A stretch of 64,000 nt of DNA from Ylistrum balloti (taxonomy: Eukaryota). Location: NCBI RefSeq assembly GCF_031769215.1, contig NW_026782168.1:124001-188000 (forward strand), written 5' to 3'. Shown here one piece after another: positions 12,601 to 25,141 of the stretch. The notes under the pieces were generated by a model. That model was not told the DNA's origin. It did not search any database and worked only from the letters and a program-made list of their open reading frames with translations. A program made the position numbers and the translations under genes. Position 1 is the stretch's first letter; each line of letters opens with the position of its first letter.

Positions 12601-15600
12601 TGTATATTTTAAAATTATTTTCTAGATATGAACTTTATTTTGAAATCACCACATCTGAAAAATCCTAAATTTATTGATTTTTTGTCAGTGACACTCCAAA
12701 TCTAATTTTGTCGTTTCTTTCGATCATTTTTATCATTTTTCATTACTCGCCACTCAGGTGTCAACACTTTGGACTCTCGCCTTTACCGATGGATTCTAGA
12801 AGGATGAAACAGCTGTATGATACTGTTAAATTCACTCTGGTTTACGTAAAGGGTGAGAAGGTACAAATATTGTTCAGACTGGGGAGTAAGGTGCATTTAC
12901 CCCCAAAATTCAATATATTGCATACTTTCAAATGCTGAATGGTTTTAAATGAATGTCAGATATGTATGATATAAAAAGTGGCATGTAGATTATGACATAC
13001 TTCGGGGCCAAAAGCCCACCAGCAGTGTCTACCAACAGCAATCCCAAACCTACAAAATATTGGTAAATAGTACCAATACAAATTTAGAATAGAAACTTGT
13101 AAAACTCGTCCATGATGTACATACATTTTCATTCCTTTTGGTCCCATACCAGACACATGTTTTATTACACGAAACTTACTTTTTTTAGTTTCTTATAATC
13201 ACTGAAACGATAAGGTGATGTCATTTTTCATTATGGCAATATTACCTATTTATTGTAGTGATATCAAAAACAATGAACAGGTGATATCTCCACAATGAAT
13301 AGGTGATATCACCACAATGAACAGGTGATATCTCCACAATGAATAGGTGATATCACCACAATGAACGGGTGATATCTCCACAATGAACAGGTGATCCACA
13401 ATGAACAGGTGATATCTCCACAATGAATAGGTGATATCACCACAATGAACGGGTGATATCTCCACAATGAACAAGTGATATCTCCACAATGAATAGGTGA
13501 TATCTCCACAATGAATAGGTGATATCACCACAATGAATAGGTGATATCTCCACAATGAACAAGTGATATCTCCACAATGAATAGGTGATATCTCCACAAT
13601 GAATAGGTGATATCACCACAATGAATAGGTGATATCTCCACAATGAACAAGTGATATCTCCACAATGAATAGGTGATATCTCCACAATGAATAGGTGATA
13701 TCACCACAATGAATAGGTGATATCACCACAATGAACGGGTGATATCTCCACAATGAACAGGTGATATCTCCACCATGAATAGGGAATATAACCACAATGA
13801 ATAGGTGATATCACCACAATGAATAGGTGATATCACCACAATGAACGGGTGATATCTCCACAGTGAACAGGTGATATCTCCACCATGAATAGGGAATATC
13901 ACCACAATGAACAGGTGATATCTCCACAATGAATAGGTGATATCTCCACAATGAACAAGTGATATCTCCACAATGAACAGGTGATATCTCCACAATGAAC
14001 AGGTGATATCTCCACAATGAATAAGTGATATCTCCACAATGAACAGGTGATATCTCCACCATGAATAGGGAATATCACCACAATGAATAGGTGATATCAC
14101 CACAATGAATAGGTGATATCACCACAATGAACAGGTGATATCTCCACAATGAACAGGTGATATCTCCACCATGAATAGGGAATATCACCACAATGAACAG
14201 GTGATATCTCCACAATGAACAGGTGATATCTCCACAATGAACAGATGATACCTCCAGAATGAATAAGTGATATCTCCACAATGAATATGTAATATCTGCA
14301 CAATGAATAAGTGATATCTCCACAATGTATAGGTAATATCTCCACAATGAATAAGTGATATCTCCACAATGAATAGGTAATATCTCCACAATGAACAGGT
14401 GATATCACCACAATGAATAAGTGATATCTCCACAATGAACAGGTGATATCTCCACAATGAATAAGTGATATCTCCACAATGAATAGGTAATATCTCCACT
14501 ATGAACAGGTGATATCACCACAATGAATAAGTGATATCTCCACAATGAATAAGTGATATTCCCAAATGACTCCCAAGTGACAACACCTATCCATTATAGT
14601 GATGTCGCCAAATAGGCAATATCTAATAGTGACATAACCGATTGAATACAGATATAACTTAATCGTAATACTGAAGTGGAATAAAAAGTTAACAAGAACC
14701 CCATTAACATGCGCGATATACAACATAACCCTCAGCAATAAAGACTACTTCTGTTCAATTTCGACCTCGCTATCTAACACTATAATATGCTGAAATACTG
14801 TGAAATAATTTATTTTCGTTGGGACTTTATTTTCGTACACTTTCAATCTACGAATTCAATGTTTATATATATATCGTGGATGTTACGTTTTCCTTTTATA
14901 ATTCGGATCCATGTAAATTATTATGTGCATTGCGATCCAGGTGACCATACCACGTAATAAACTATTTGCCACTATGGCCATCTCGAATATTTCCAGCTCT
15001 CTATCAGTACAACTTCCAAACATCCTTTTTTGGGGAAGTTGTGGTGGTGTGATGATTAGGCAGTTGCATGAATATTGGCTAGGTAATTTGATGCCGTAGA
15101 TTATTAGTTCAAGGTCCGGATAGGGAACAAGTAAAAAATGTCTTCCTTCGTCAACAGTGTTACCATATACATTATATAATTATAGGTCGACTTATTGGGC
15201 TATTATTATTCATGGAATCAAGTCTTCACGAATTGGAATTTTTGTTTAACCACGAATATTAAGCCCCACTAAGATATATGATTTTACAGTAATTCCTGTT
15301 ATATTTCCTTATTCTTGTTCCGAGTCATGACAGAGACAAGACGATTGTGATACAGTTAAATATCAGAGTAGAACTTCTAGATCGATGAGTCATCTACTAG
15401 TATCAATTTAAAGGAACGGCCTCAAGCTAACCGGGCTTAGATAGCAAATCCACAGAACTTAGATCCAATGGAATGATTTAAAGGTAAGTCAGCGGCTTAA
15501 TCTTATCAAAAAATCGTTACTGTTATATCATAATCCAAAATAGATTTCTGTAAACCTACTTACCCATATGATGAAATTTTCAAAGAACAGGAAATACTTG

Positions 15601-15641
15601 GTGAGCGGATTAACCGCTGTTTTGTCTCGTCTCCTACCCAT
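6603..15641 (-). CDS. TSPAN33: Tetraspanin, TspanC8 subgroup (TSPAN33/TSPAN5-like), 297 aa, 7 coding exons
   Basis: Exons 15564-15641 ([26 protein letters not shown]), 11687-11875, 10982-11176, 10074-10208, 7460-7513, 7148-7285, 6603-6707. All introns are GT-AG and phase 0; total 894 nt. Four TM segments, GCMGALREN motif, and a large loop with 8 Cys (CCG, FNC, EKC, PSCC, LCG, VGC). The N-terminus resembles the TSPAN33 'VSPLVKYLLFFFN' motif from recall; paralogue assignment is not certain. Confidence 0.9.
7640..9177. repeat. 34-bp minisatellite, about 45 copies, derived from the tetraspanin exon 5 splice acceptor
   Basis: Unit TCAGTGTTCTCCCCTAAAACAAAATCATATSATG. Its reverse complement matches the real acceptor CATATGATTTTGTTTTAG|GGGGAGTACATTAACAT at 7513. 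Confidence 0.95.
9405..10035 (-). mobile_element. HINE/pearl-like element in a tetraspanin intron
   Basis: CGTCCGTCCGTC microsatellite near one end, about 3 degenerate core units (TTGGTCTGAAGCATCC), and a terminus GGTGAGCGATGCAGACCCTATGGGCATCTTGTT. Confidence 0.55.
10190..10920. repeat. 24-bp minisatellite, about 30 copies, derived from the tetraspanin exon 4 acceptor plus the first five codons
   Basis: Unit ACCACAACCATGTATCTGTAACAG; the minus strand reads CTGTTACAG|ATACATGGTTGTGGT against the true CTGTTACAG|CTACATTGTTGTGGT. One 2-bp insertion near 10701. Confidence 0.97.
13265..14560. repeat. 22-bp minisatellite, about 59 copies, in tetraspanin intron 1, with local 88-bp higher-order structure
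   Basis: Unit CCACAATGAAYAGGTGATATCW. Identical ORF-track translations recur at 88-bp offsets (13437/13525/13613; 13723/13811/13899). Confidence 0.95.
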
Positions 15642-17324
15642 CGTGATAAGGACCTTGCAACAGATCCACACTGAGTTGTTATTTCCCTGATTACACCATT
15701 TGTATACGATATTCTCGCTTCTGCTTTCTAACTACGAATGTGTCCTGATAGACTGTTTTGAGTGTTATATATATCCCAGCGACTGATAAAGCTGGACAGG
15801 GTCAGGGGTCAATCTACGTCCTGATAACAGTATTGTTGACGTATTTTATCTCAATTTATTACACGTTAGGTGGCTGATAGCAAGCGCTTTATACATGCAT
15901 CATGCAGGTGTGCAATTCGGCCCGGATGTTAATTTCACGTTTGTTATGAGCATGTCGATGAATTTATATTGTCTCTTTTCAGGAACTGTATTTAAGGTGC
16001 TGTACAAGGGTATACAATTAAAAAACTCGATTGAAGTTCGGCTTCAAATTTGCTCACCCAAGTCATCTCACAGATAACCACTACTATTCATCTTAACATT
16101 AATATAAGGATAGTTCTATTTGTTCTATAGATCTATATAACGTTATTTCTATCTTTTCAGATGACCGTGGTCAATGTTCTACTTCACAAACCAACAAAGT
16201 GTTCTTATTTATGGCCATGATTATCTTTTAGAAATCCTCTGCTGATGTCGTGTATCATGGTCTGTCCTATTAGTCCAACCCTGCCATGTATTTCCTCTTG
16301 ACGAGTCTACTTCTGCACAGCTATACAACTAAGAAAACACAACGCCCAACATGCCCTCAAACTCACCTGTTTCTTAACATTTTCTTCGGGTTGGTAATGT
16401 CAGTAGAATAGAAGTTCTTATAACACAACCAGTAGAAGATTAGAGAGTGACGTTTCTATGACTACATGGTCACCTTCTTCAAACAAATGACCAGTGTTTA
16501 GAAAAGTAGCACTGCTGTTAAAACAGTCACTAAATTTAGACATTCAAAATGCAACATTTCACCCACGCCTACTTATCAGAAATGGCAATCAAATAATGTT
16601 GTACATGTCTAAAATCCATCATTTTGCTTTTACGTTTAGTTTTTGACAGTGATAATTTAATATTACAAAATTGGAAGGATGAACAGACATATATCGATCC
16701 CCTTCCTGTGTTTACGTTACTAGGTTAATACTCTTCTCACCAATAAATTCTTGTGTAAGTGTAGTATTATTGTTCATCATTTGCATTATAATAAACATAT
16801 TAAAACCTTGCTAATGGTGGCAAGTTTCACAAAAGTCATCAACTATTCGAAATCATTTAAGAAGTTAGGGGACCACTGTGCCACTATTCACCGTGTTTCT
16901 TCCGTGTTATTACATGTACGTTTTAAGATCCCTCTGGATTTAGCTGTTCAGGCATCTTGTATCACGGAAGATAACTTACTGATATGCTAGGAAACGACAG
17001 CGAGACAAGTATACAGTTATATGCGAATTGTTGTTTTATTGCTTGGTGAAAAGCAATAAATCTACGGCTCACTCTTTAGAAATAGACAACGCAAATATAA
17101 CCGAGTGGCAAGAATTGATCTCATGTTTGACATTGATTTATCTGATATCTGATTTCAAATTGTTGACAGTCTCATATCTATTCATCTTAAAATCAAAGTT
17201 ATTCTTCTCTACATAATAATTACCTATAAGGAAACCGTGACTATATATATAATCATAATATTAATACAGTTCGGCAAATGTGGCCAAAATGCGTATTTCA
17301 TTCTTAGATCTGTCGTGATTTTGA

Positions 17325-17440
17325 AGGGGTCAGCTCTGGTCAAGTGATTAAGACATTTGAACGTCTTCATCACTAGCCCTTCACCTCTGGAGCGCGGGTT
17401 CGAGGCCTCAGTAGGGCAGTCGCCGGGTACTGCGGATCAG
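17325..17440 (+). mobile_element. Degenerate tRNA-derived SINE 5' head
   Basis: A-box-like TGGTCAAGTGA and B-box GGGTTCGAGGCC, followed by GGGCAGTCGCCGGGTACTG. It does not fold into a tRNA cloverleaf. Confidence 0.5.
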
Positions 17441-17914
17441 TACCTGGCGGGAACCCCGTTATTAAGACGTAAAGTGACGATAACCAAATTGTGATTTTGA
17501 ATACTTGTAACCCTTGTTCAGTATTACAAGCATCTCCACAGTCCACATTAGTTTATGACACGAACGCAGGTAATTTTCACTTAAGCAAACGACTCGCTAT
17601 ATCTCGTTTCACGTTATACGCGTGACTGAGCGAAATAATTTTGACGAAACTTAATCTGAATATTACTCTGAAGAGTCTCCAAGAATTCCTCCGAAATGGA
17701 AAGACCATTATGTATGGAAAGTAGTCTTTCAAACAAAACAAACCATGTGTATATTATATAGCAGTTGCACATATCATACACAATTAGATCAATTATTTTT
17801 ATCGGTTATATATGTAAAGCATTGATCAATTCGGGGGGGAGACTGCGGTCATGGCAAAACGCTGCATTCATTAGGCGTTGCTTCGCGTTCTGGTCAATTT
17901 CAAATGTAACACCA

Positions 17915-18160
17915 TTAGTTACTGGTAACACCACCGTAAACAGCGTTGCAGCACGTAACTTTTACACCGGCAAATAATTCCGATTCACTGTTCAATGATT
18001 GGGTCAGCTCCTGCAAGTTTGACAGCTCATTCTGATGTTCTATAACTCGGTGGTCAAGAACATCCAAAACGTGCTCAACTGGTGACAAATCGGGCGATTC
18101 GTTTTTTTCTCCGGCAAGAAAGTCGTAACTGGTTTGCGCAGGCGCGTCATCCTGTCGGAA
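17915..18160 (-). pseudogene. Tc1-family transposase C-terminal fossil
   Basis: Minus-strand translation gives FRQDDAPA (cf. FQQDNAPAH), then after a frameshift or deletion SPDLSPVEHVLDVLDHRV...LQELTQSL (cf. SPDLNPIEHVWD.L) and a degenerate GG.T tail. Confidence 0.65.
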
Positions 18161-21100
18161 ATGCTATGATACCTTAGAATTCTAAATTGGTCACTGATCT
18201 TAAAATTTCGTCCTAATATCGAATGTCAGTTAAATTTCCCGTTTCCTACCGCCCTATACCATTTTATTTCCTGTTAATATTGGGTTAAAATTGGCATTTT
18301 CACTTGGTTTGGACATATATGGGGAAATGAGATAGCGAATACACTGGATTACTTCTTATAACGAATTTATGACCAAGGCTGACAACATCTACAACATTTA
18401 TCTGTCATCATCAAAATGTCATATTTATAAATATTTTATTTATAATGTTATTTACCATTTCATTGAACTAATTATATTAAAAGAACAATATGTATAACTA
18501 AAAAATGTATATCCCCATATCATTTATTAGTTAAAGATACCATAGTACCCCAGTATCTAGACGAATCTTTAGTATGTGCACCACAAGACAATGTATAGAG
18601 ACTACTACCATTTTATTCTGGAATATAATGTTCATAAAAAGATTAAGAAAAAGTACATAAAATTACTATTAGAAAATTTCATCTGTGTTTAAATTGATTC
18701 AGTTATTTAGAATAGAAAATGTCAAAGAGCTGTGTTGTCTGGGGAAAATATATATATACATAATTAATCAATTAAGAAAAAATTCACAAAACCAAATGCA
18801 TGATTGAATGTACATGTCGTCGCTATGTTTTGTATACGCCATCCTGTATATTTTCTCTTAATCTTATTGACTGGTTAGCATTAAGGCCAAAGTATTAGAA
18901 TAATTAATTTGATTATCTGATGGAATTTATCCACATTTTTATTTTATATTCTTTTATACAGAAATGATCCTTCTAGATTTCCGTGCGTTGGCCCCATAGA
19001 ATCCCCTCAAGTGTTTTGTATGGTGAACATTTAGCAGCTGTATTCTGGAATGTTAATCGTTTTTCAGCATATATCAAAAGTCTTTTGTGTATTGTTGGTT
19101 ATTTTCAAAGGTGAAATGTGCAATATGTTGACAACTGTCACAGGTGTTCAGAAAAACAAGTGCATAGGATTGTTGTGTTGAATTGCACATATCTTACCAT
19201 TTTCATTTGGGAGGAGGGGAGTAAATTCCATTGTTGATATTTAGATTTTACTTAAACCAAGCTAGCAAAATGATTCAAATGTACCCAAATCTCCAATTAA
19301 AGTCACTAGACAGTTTAGAAATATAAGTCGGATACAGTATTTCTGAAGATGAAGATTTCTGGGGCTACATTTCCCTGTTTAACTTGTGATCCAATATTAC
19401 AGCCATAATTTGAACAAAATTGCAATAATATTTGTCACTGTTATTTAACAGAACCCTGACTGATCAGTCATATTTACTCCACTGAACAAATGACATGGGT
19501 ACTTCCGTTTATCAACACCAGACAAAGAAATCTCAGTAACTGCTCTTCATTAAATTGATCACATCAGACAAAACCATCACAAGCTACTCGTTACTAAACT
19601 CATTGATCTCCTCTATCACCTCCACTACCAATCCGATATCATTCACTGCATTACTTAAAGGGAGTTAACCCTGTGGAATCCATTGATAATTTATAAAGAC
19701 TTTGCATGTTTTTCTACCTAGCTGACCATACAACCTTCTCAAAATGAAGGAATCAGGGACTTGAAATAATACAGAACTATTGTAAATATGTAGGGAAAAT
19801 ACCACCAACTATGTGTTCGAGATTGATCCCGGACTGATTTTGTAATGTTTTATTCTCCGCTTCACATCAGGAATAAGGTTTTATCATAAATAGAATAAAC
19901 GTCATTCAATTACAAAAAGACCTTTCTGTATTTTGCTTTTTATATTGCTTTATTCAGGAACCCTTCTTAGATTGCAGAATAGGTTGGATGTGCTATACTC
20001 TCTTACACATTGTAAAACAAAAGTATTAAATAATGTTGTAATAAAACCATATGCATGAAAAAACCAGTGACAGATAGAAAATTTAGCTCAATATGATCTC
20101 ATTTAATCATATTCAATCATATTGCTAATTTTGATAAACTGACAGATGTATATCGTGTCTATGTAAATATGAGATAATAAACATGAAATGTCCTGAACAA
20201 TGACAGAATTAAAAATTTTTTTTTTAAAAAAGGCAATACATAAATGTATGAAAGTTTTTGTCAATGTAACTAATTACCTGCCAACAAAGATATCTGGTCC
20301 TTGTCAGTATGCTAACTGTGCAAGTTCTAAACAAGGCAGCAGCAGATTTGTGTACAATAGAGGTATCAAAATACAGTTCAAGAAAAACTGCTGTTTGAAA
20401 AGCAAATATGTCTTACCGAAAAAATAAGCACGGACGGCTAATTATTCATGGCCCGTGTCAATTTTAAAAATTCAGGCACTTTCTGCTTCGGTCTTAACTA
20501 TCAATCATGGAAAAATGACCAAACCTGGATCCCTCAACAATTAAAGACTTGACACTTGTTTGCACTTGGTCAATGTACAGGTCTGTTTGTATCCAACTAA
20601 GAGTTATTTCCCTTTGACATTTAATGACCCCCCCCCCCCCCTACAGGGACTTGACTAGACTACATCCAGTATGATGCTTCTCATATCTTCTTTCCACCAC
20701 ATAATCTTACTTGATACAGAATGAAGATTGAATCTCTAAGATATGCTACAGGTACACATAGCTCAACCCTCACAGTTTGTGTCTTGTGTACCATAAGCAT
20801 ATACAATTGTAATAGGAAGGAGCAATAAAAACATCCTTCCATTGGAAATTCCCACTAGCTGAGGCTAGTAAGACAACTAGTACTCCTAACTTCAACACAA
20901 TAACGTAACACACCTTCTCCAGACAGAATGGTTTGGATCTGTGTCAAGATCTTGTAAGTGATCGTCAACAGAATTTAGTGTTGGTTATAATCAATACTGA
21001 CAAGTGGCTACCTCACTGAATTAGAACACTGACAGGTCAGAAAGGGCCCTGTCGTGTGGTTTTATATCGACCCCCCACCTCTGCACCCCCTCATCCTATT

Positions 21101-22043
21101 CCTCAATAGATCATTTGTCCATATTGCTTAGGATGATGTAACATTTGGGCTTCAAAAACAGTAGCAGAGAAGCAAAATATTCATGTACTACGATGTGAGT
21201 CTACAAAACATCACACTTTTAGGAATATTTTATCTAATTTTTCAATGCAGCCCTCAGAAAATTCTGAATACAGGAATATGAGAATGCTTGGCAAGTTTTA
21301 ATATATTTCTGGGTAAAAAAAATCAATCACAACTCTCCATCAATACAGGAATCACAAAGTTACTGTACATGAAGTTTACGCATGAGAATTAAAAATGCCA
21401 CATTGTATTCAACATTATTCAAACACCCAGTTGATAACAGATCTTGATATATGTTCCATTGGTAAACATATTGCAAATTTGTTTTAAATATATGCCTGGC
21501 AAAGTTACTAGTACCTCATCAACATTGATCTACACTCAAATACACATGCTATGCTATGTGTATGTTTCATCAGTTCCTCTGTTGACCTATGAGTTTCTCC
21601 ATTTGTTCTTGTCTTGATCAGGAAACCTTTATTGTACTGATTACACCTTTGTGTCTAATAGCTTGTGTTTTATTGGTTTCTAGTTATGTATTGTAAGTCA
21701 TTTAATGATATCCGTTGTTTATGGTTATTTATGTGCATTCTCCACCAAGTTCATCATTACTATAGGGCACCTGTATCTGCCATTAGAGGCCCTGAACTTG
21801 GTGCATCCAGAGTTATTAGGCATGAAGTGTATTGTCAAAGAACACAACCACAACAGCACACACTGGTCTGTTTTGTTTGACAAAACAAAATCTTCCATGG
21901 ATACGGATCATCTGACGTTTCTATTTATATACTGATACATCAATCACAGGGAAACTTCGCTGGTCATGTCTTTGTAATACATAAAAGTAATTTACACAAA
22001 ACAAAGACAGAATATTTAGAAAAAAATATCTCAACAACATAGA

Positions 22044-22375
22044 AACAAAAAGAGGCCCATGGGCCTTAACGGTCAACTGACATAAAATACAAGATTTCAA
22101 ATTTTGAACTTGAGAAGAAGTTGAAAATGTGTTTTCAAGATGGCTGCCATGGCGGCAATGTTGGATTTCGGACCAACCCGAAATTAACAAACTTTGGTCA
22201 GGATCATGTCATGATCATTTCTGGTAAGTTTCAGCTTAATGAGACATGTAGAACTTGAGAAGAAGTTGAAAATGTTTATGACAGACGACCTATGATGGAC
22301 GACAGACAACGCCGGACAAAAGGCGATCGCAATAGGTCATCTGACCGATGACCCTTCGGTCAGATCACCTAAAAA
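22044..22375 (+). mobile_element. Short HINE/pearl-like element
   Basis: 5' end AACAAAAAGAGGCCCATGGGCC, one core unit bounded by a repeated GAACTTGAGAAGAAGTTGAAAATGT, a GACAGACGAC microsatellite remnant, and a 3' hairpin AGGTCATCTGACCGA...TCGGTCAGATCACCT followed by AAAAA. Confidence 0.7.
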
Positions 22376-23166
22376 TGATGAACAAACTGTGAAACAGCTG
22401 TGAGTGTTCCTTCGCAAAGTGATTTGGGGCAGTTGATCACGCTCTCAAGGCCAACATTGTTCAGAGGAAAAAGATTGCCTTCTTTTTCATCCGTGTGATT
22501 CTTTGTTTGATCAAGGGAAATGTGCCTTCAAGAACAAATCAGGACTCCTAAATCACCCCAAAACAGTGTAACAGATATATTGTAGTTAAGATTAAATCAT
22601 CATTTTCTTCCACACTCTCCTTTCTTTAAGTACTGTAAGACACTCTCCTTTCTTTAAGTACTGTAAGCTTTGATGGTTGTACATCAGGCATTTACAAATA
22701 GCAGATTAAACATACCATCAGATGATGACACATTATTATTGAAAGAGACAACAGTTTAGAAGGAAAGTGTGTTCAAGCTACCACATCCCTACATTGATAT
22801 TTCTCCAGCATACACAGAAACACATCTGCAAAGTGTAGAAAAATTACAATAAATTGTATTACTTTTACAATTGCGTCCCTAAGAATTAATCTGCATATAT
22901 GCATATGTAATCTATCATGAGATGTTAAGTAGTGGATGAGTTGGAGGATTTTCATCACCACTGATTGCATTTGAACGACCTCCTTCTGAATATCTGAATG
23001 ATTATCAGAACACAGTAAAACAACAAAAAGGCAACAAGTTAAAAAAGAGAGAGAAATATAAAAGTCTTTAGAATCCATTTCATTCCAATATATAATAAGA
23101 AATTTCTATATCAAGCACATAAAAATGTTCCTATTGAAGTTAAATAGAAACCAAAACATAACCTGG

Positions 23167-24170
23167 TATAATGGGAGAAACAGACCATTCCCCAGCTGTG
23201 GTAGAAACAGACCATTCCCCAGCTGTGGTAGAAACAGACCATTCCCCAGCTGTGGTAGAAACAGACCATTCCCTAGCAGTAGTAGAAACAGACCATTCCC
23301 TAGCAGTAGTAGAAACAGACCATTCCCCAGCTGTGGTAGAAACAGACCATTCCCTAGCAGTAGTAGAAACAGACCATTCCCTAGCAGTAGTAGAAACAGA
23401 CCATTCCCTAGCAGTAGTAGAAACAGACCACTTCCCCAGCTGTGGTAGAAACAGACCATTCCCTAGCAGTAGTAGAAACAGACCATTCCCTAGCAGTAGT
23501 AGAAACAGACCATTCCCTCGCTGTGATAGAAACAGACCACTTCCCCAGCTTTGGTAGAAACAGACCATTCCCCAGCAGTAGTAGAAACAGACCATTCCCT
23601 AGCTGTGATAGAAACAGACCACTTCCCCAGCTGTGGTAGAAACAGACCATTCCCTAGCAGTAGTAGAAACAGACCATTCCCTAGCAGTAGTAGAAACAGA
23701 CCATTCCCTCGCTGTGATAGAAACAGACCACTTCCCCAGCTTTGGTAGAAACAGACCATTCCCCAGCAGTAGTAGAAACAGACCATTCCCTAGCTGTGGT
23801 AGAAACAGACCATTCCCCAGCAGTAGTAGAAACAGACCATTCCCTAGCTGTGATAGAAACAGACCACTTCCCCAGCTGTGGTAGAAACAGACCACTTCCC
23901 CAGCTTTGGTAGAAACAGACCATTCCCTAGCAGTAGTAGAAACAGACCATCACCTAGCTGTGGTTGAAACGGACCATCCCCAGCTGTAGTAGAAACGGAC
24001 CACTCCCCAGCTGTGGTGAAAACAGACCACTCCCCTCCTGTGGGGGTAACAGATCATTTTCCCACTGTGGGGGAAACAGACCACTCCCAAGCTGTGGTAG
24101 AAATAGACCATCCCCTAGCTGTGGTAGAAACTGACCACTCCCTTCCTTGCTGTGGTGGAAACAGAACCAT
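23167..24170. repeat. 27-bp minisatellite, about 37 copies
   Basis: Unit GAAACAGACCATTCCCYAGCWGTRGTA. Several 28-bp variants shift the frame; units degenerate toward 24170. Confidence 0.95.
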
Positions 24171-25141
24171 TTCCTATCTGTTAGGTAAACAGAACTGAAT
24201 GAAGTCTTGACAGTGTTGACCTACAGGTAACATGATTCATTTCTGTCATATTAATGTTCCAGAGAGAACTGGTACTCTACCAGTGTTTTAACATTATGTG
24301 ATGTTACATGACTACAAATTTCATTTCTATTTGATTGCTGGAGACCTTTCTGACTGGTCCTGAAAAAAGTCCATATTGCATTTAGGGCCGTCTTTTGACC
24401 ATATACAATTCAGGAGAAAATTCCTTTCTCTAATAGACTTTTGAGGGAAACAGTGACAACAATTTTTTCCAGATGGTGGCCATGTTGAATGTCATCATTA
24501 GTGTAGTGTGAATGCTATATTAATGCCACGACCATGAGAAGATGTATTTGCAAAAAAACTGAAAACATATTCTATTATATATTTAATTACCATATGCACA
24601 TATAAACACACACCAAAAAAAGTTACAAATACCTGATATTCAAGGAACCTATTAAGATCAATAGTGAATTGACATTGTAACTTTGATGTGCCCTTTTAAA
24701 TGCCACCCCAAATTTTAACAGTGAAGAGATGTCCTGTCCAGTAAAAATTTCATATGTACAATGTATAATTACTATTTCCTTATTCTTTTACCCTAAAAAA
24801 CTAACCTTCTTTTCAAAAAATCAGATTCTACTTACATTTTATTTAAATATTAAATCAATTCTTATTTTGAAAAAAAAAATTACAAATCTATAAACACCAG
24901 TTCTTCTGTTAAGAACTATTATTATTAAACAAGGATATTTAAAATTTGAAAATACTATTCAGTGTAAATCTATTTTCAATTTTTAGAGAAATGAAAATGC
25001 TTGAGATAAATGTATTTTGACCAAGAACTAAAAGTCTCCTAAGTTTTGTCTCCTAATGTATTCCCTTATCCTGTATATAAAGAGCTGATGTTACTCCGTC
25101 TCTCAGAATTAATGGAAACAAGATATTGTGAAGAGGAGTGA

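Noticed and set aside
13250-14738. Many overlapping minus-strand ORFs ([20 protein letters not shown])
   Set aside because: Artefacts of the stop-poor 22-bp repeat inside tetraspanin intron 1.
21665-21935. Short + strand ORFs with protein-like composition
   Set aside because: No recognisable motif or linked splice partners.
22612-22668. Small two-copy duplications (also 31874-31922 and 45870-45925)
   Set aside because: Ordinary local slippage products with no link to features.
22915-22990. Possible orphan terminal exon on - (SEGGRSNAISGDENPPTHPLLNIS*) after TCATTCAG
   Set aside because: No upstream partner exon or homology; easily arises by chance.
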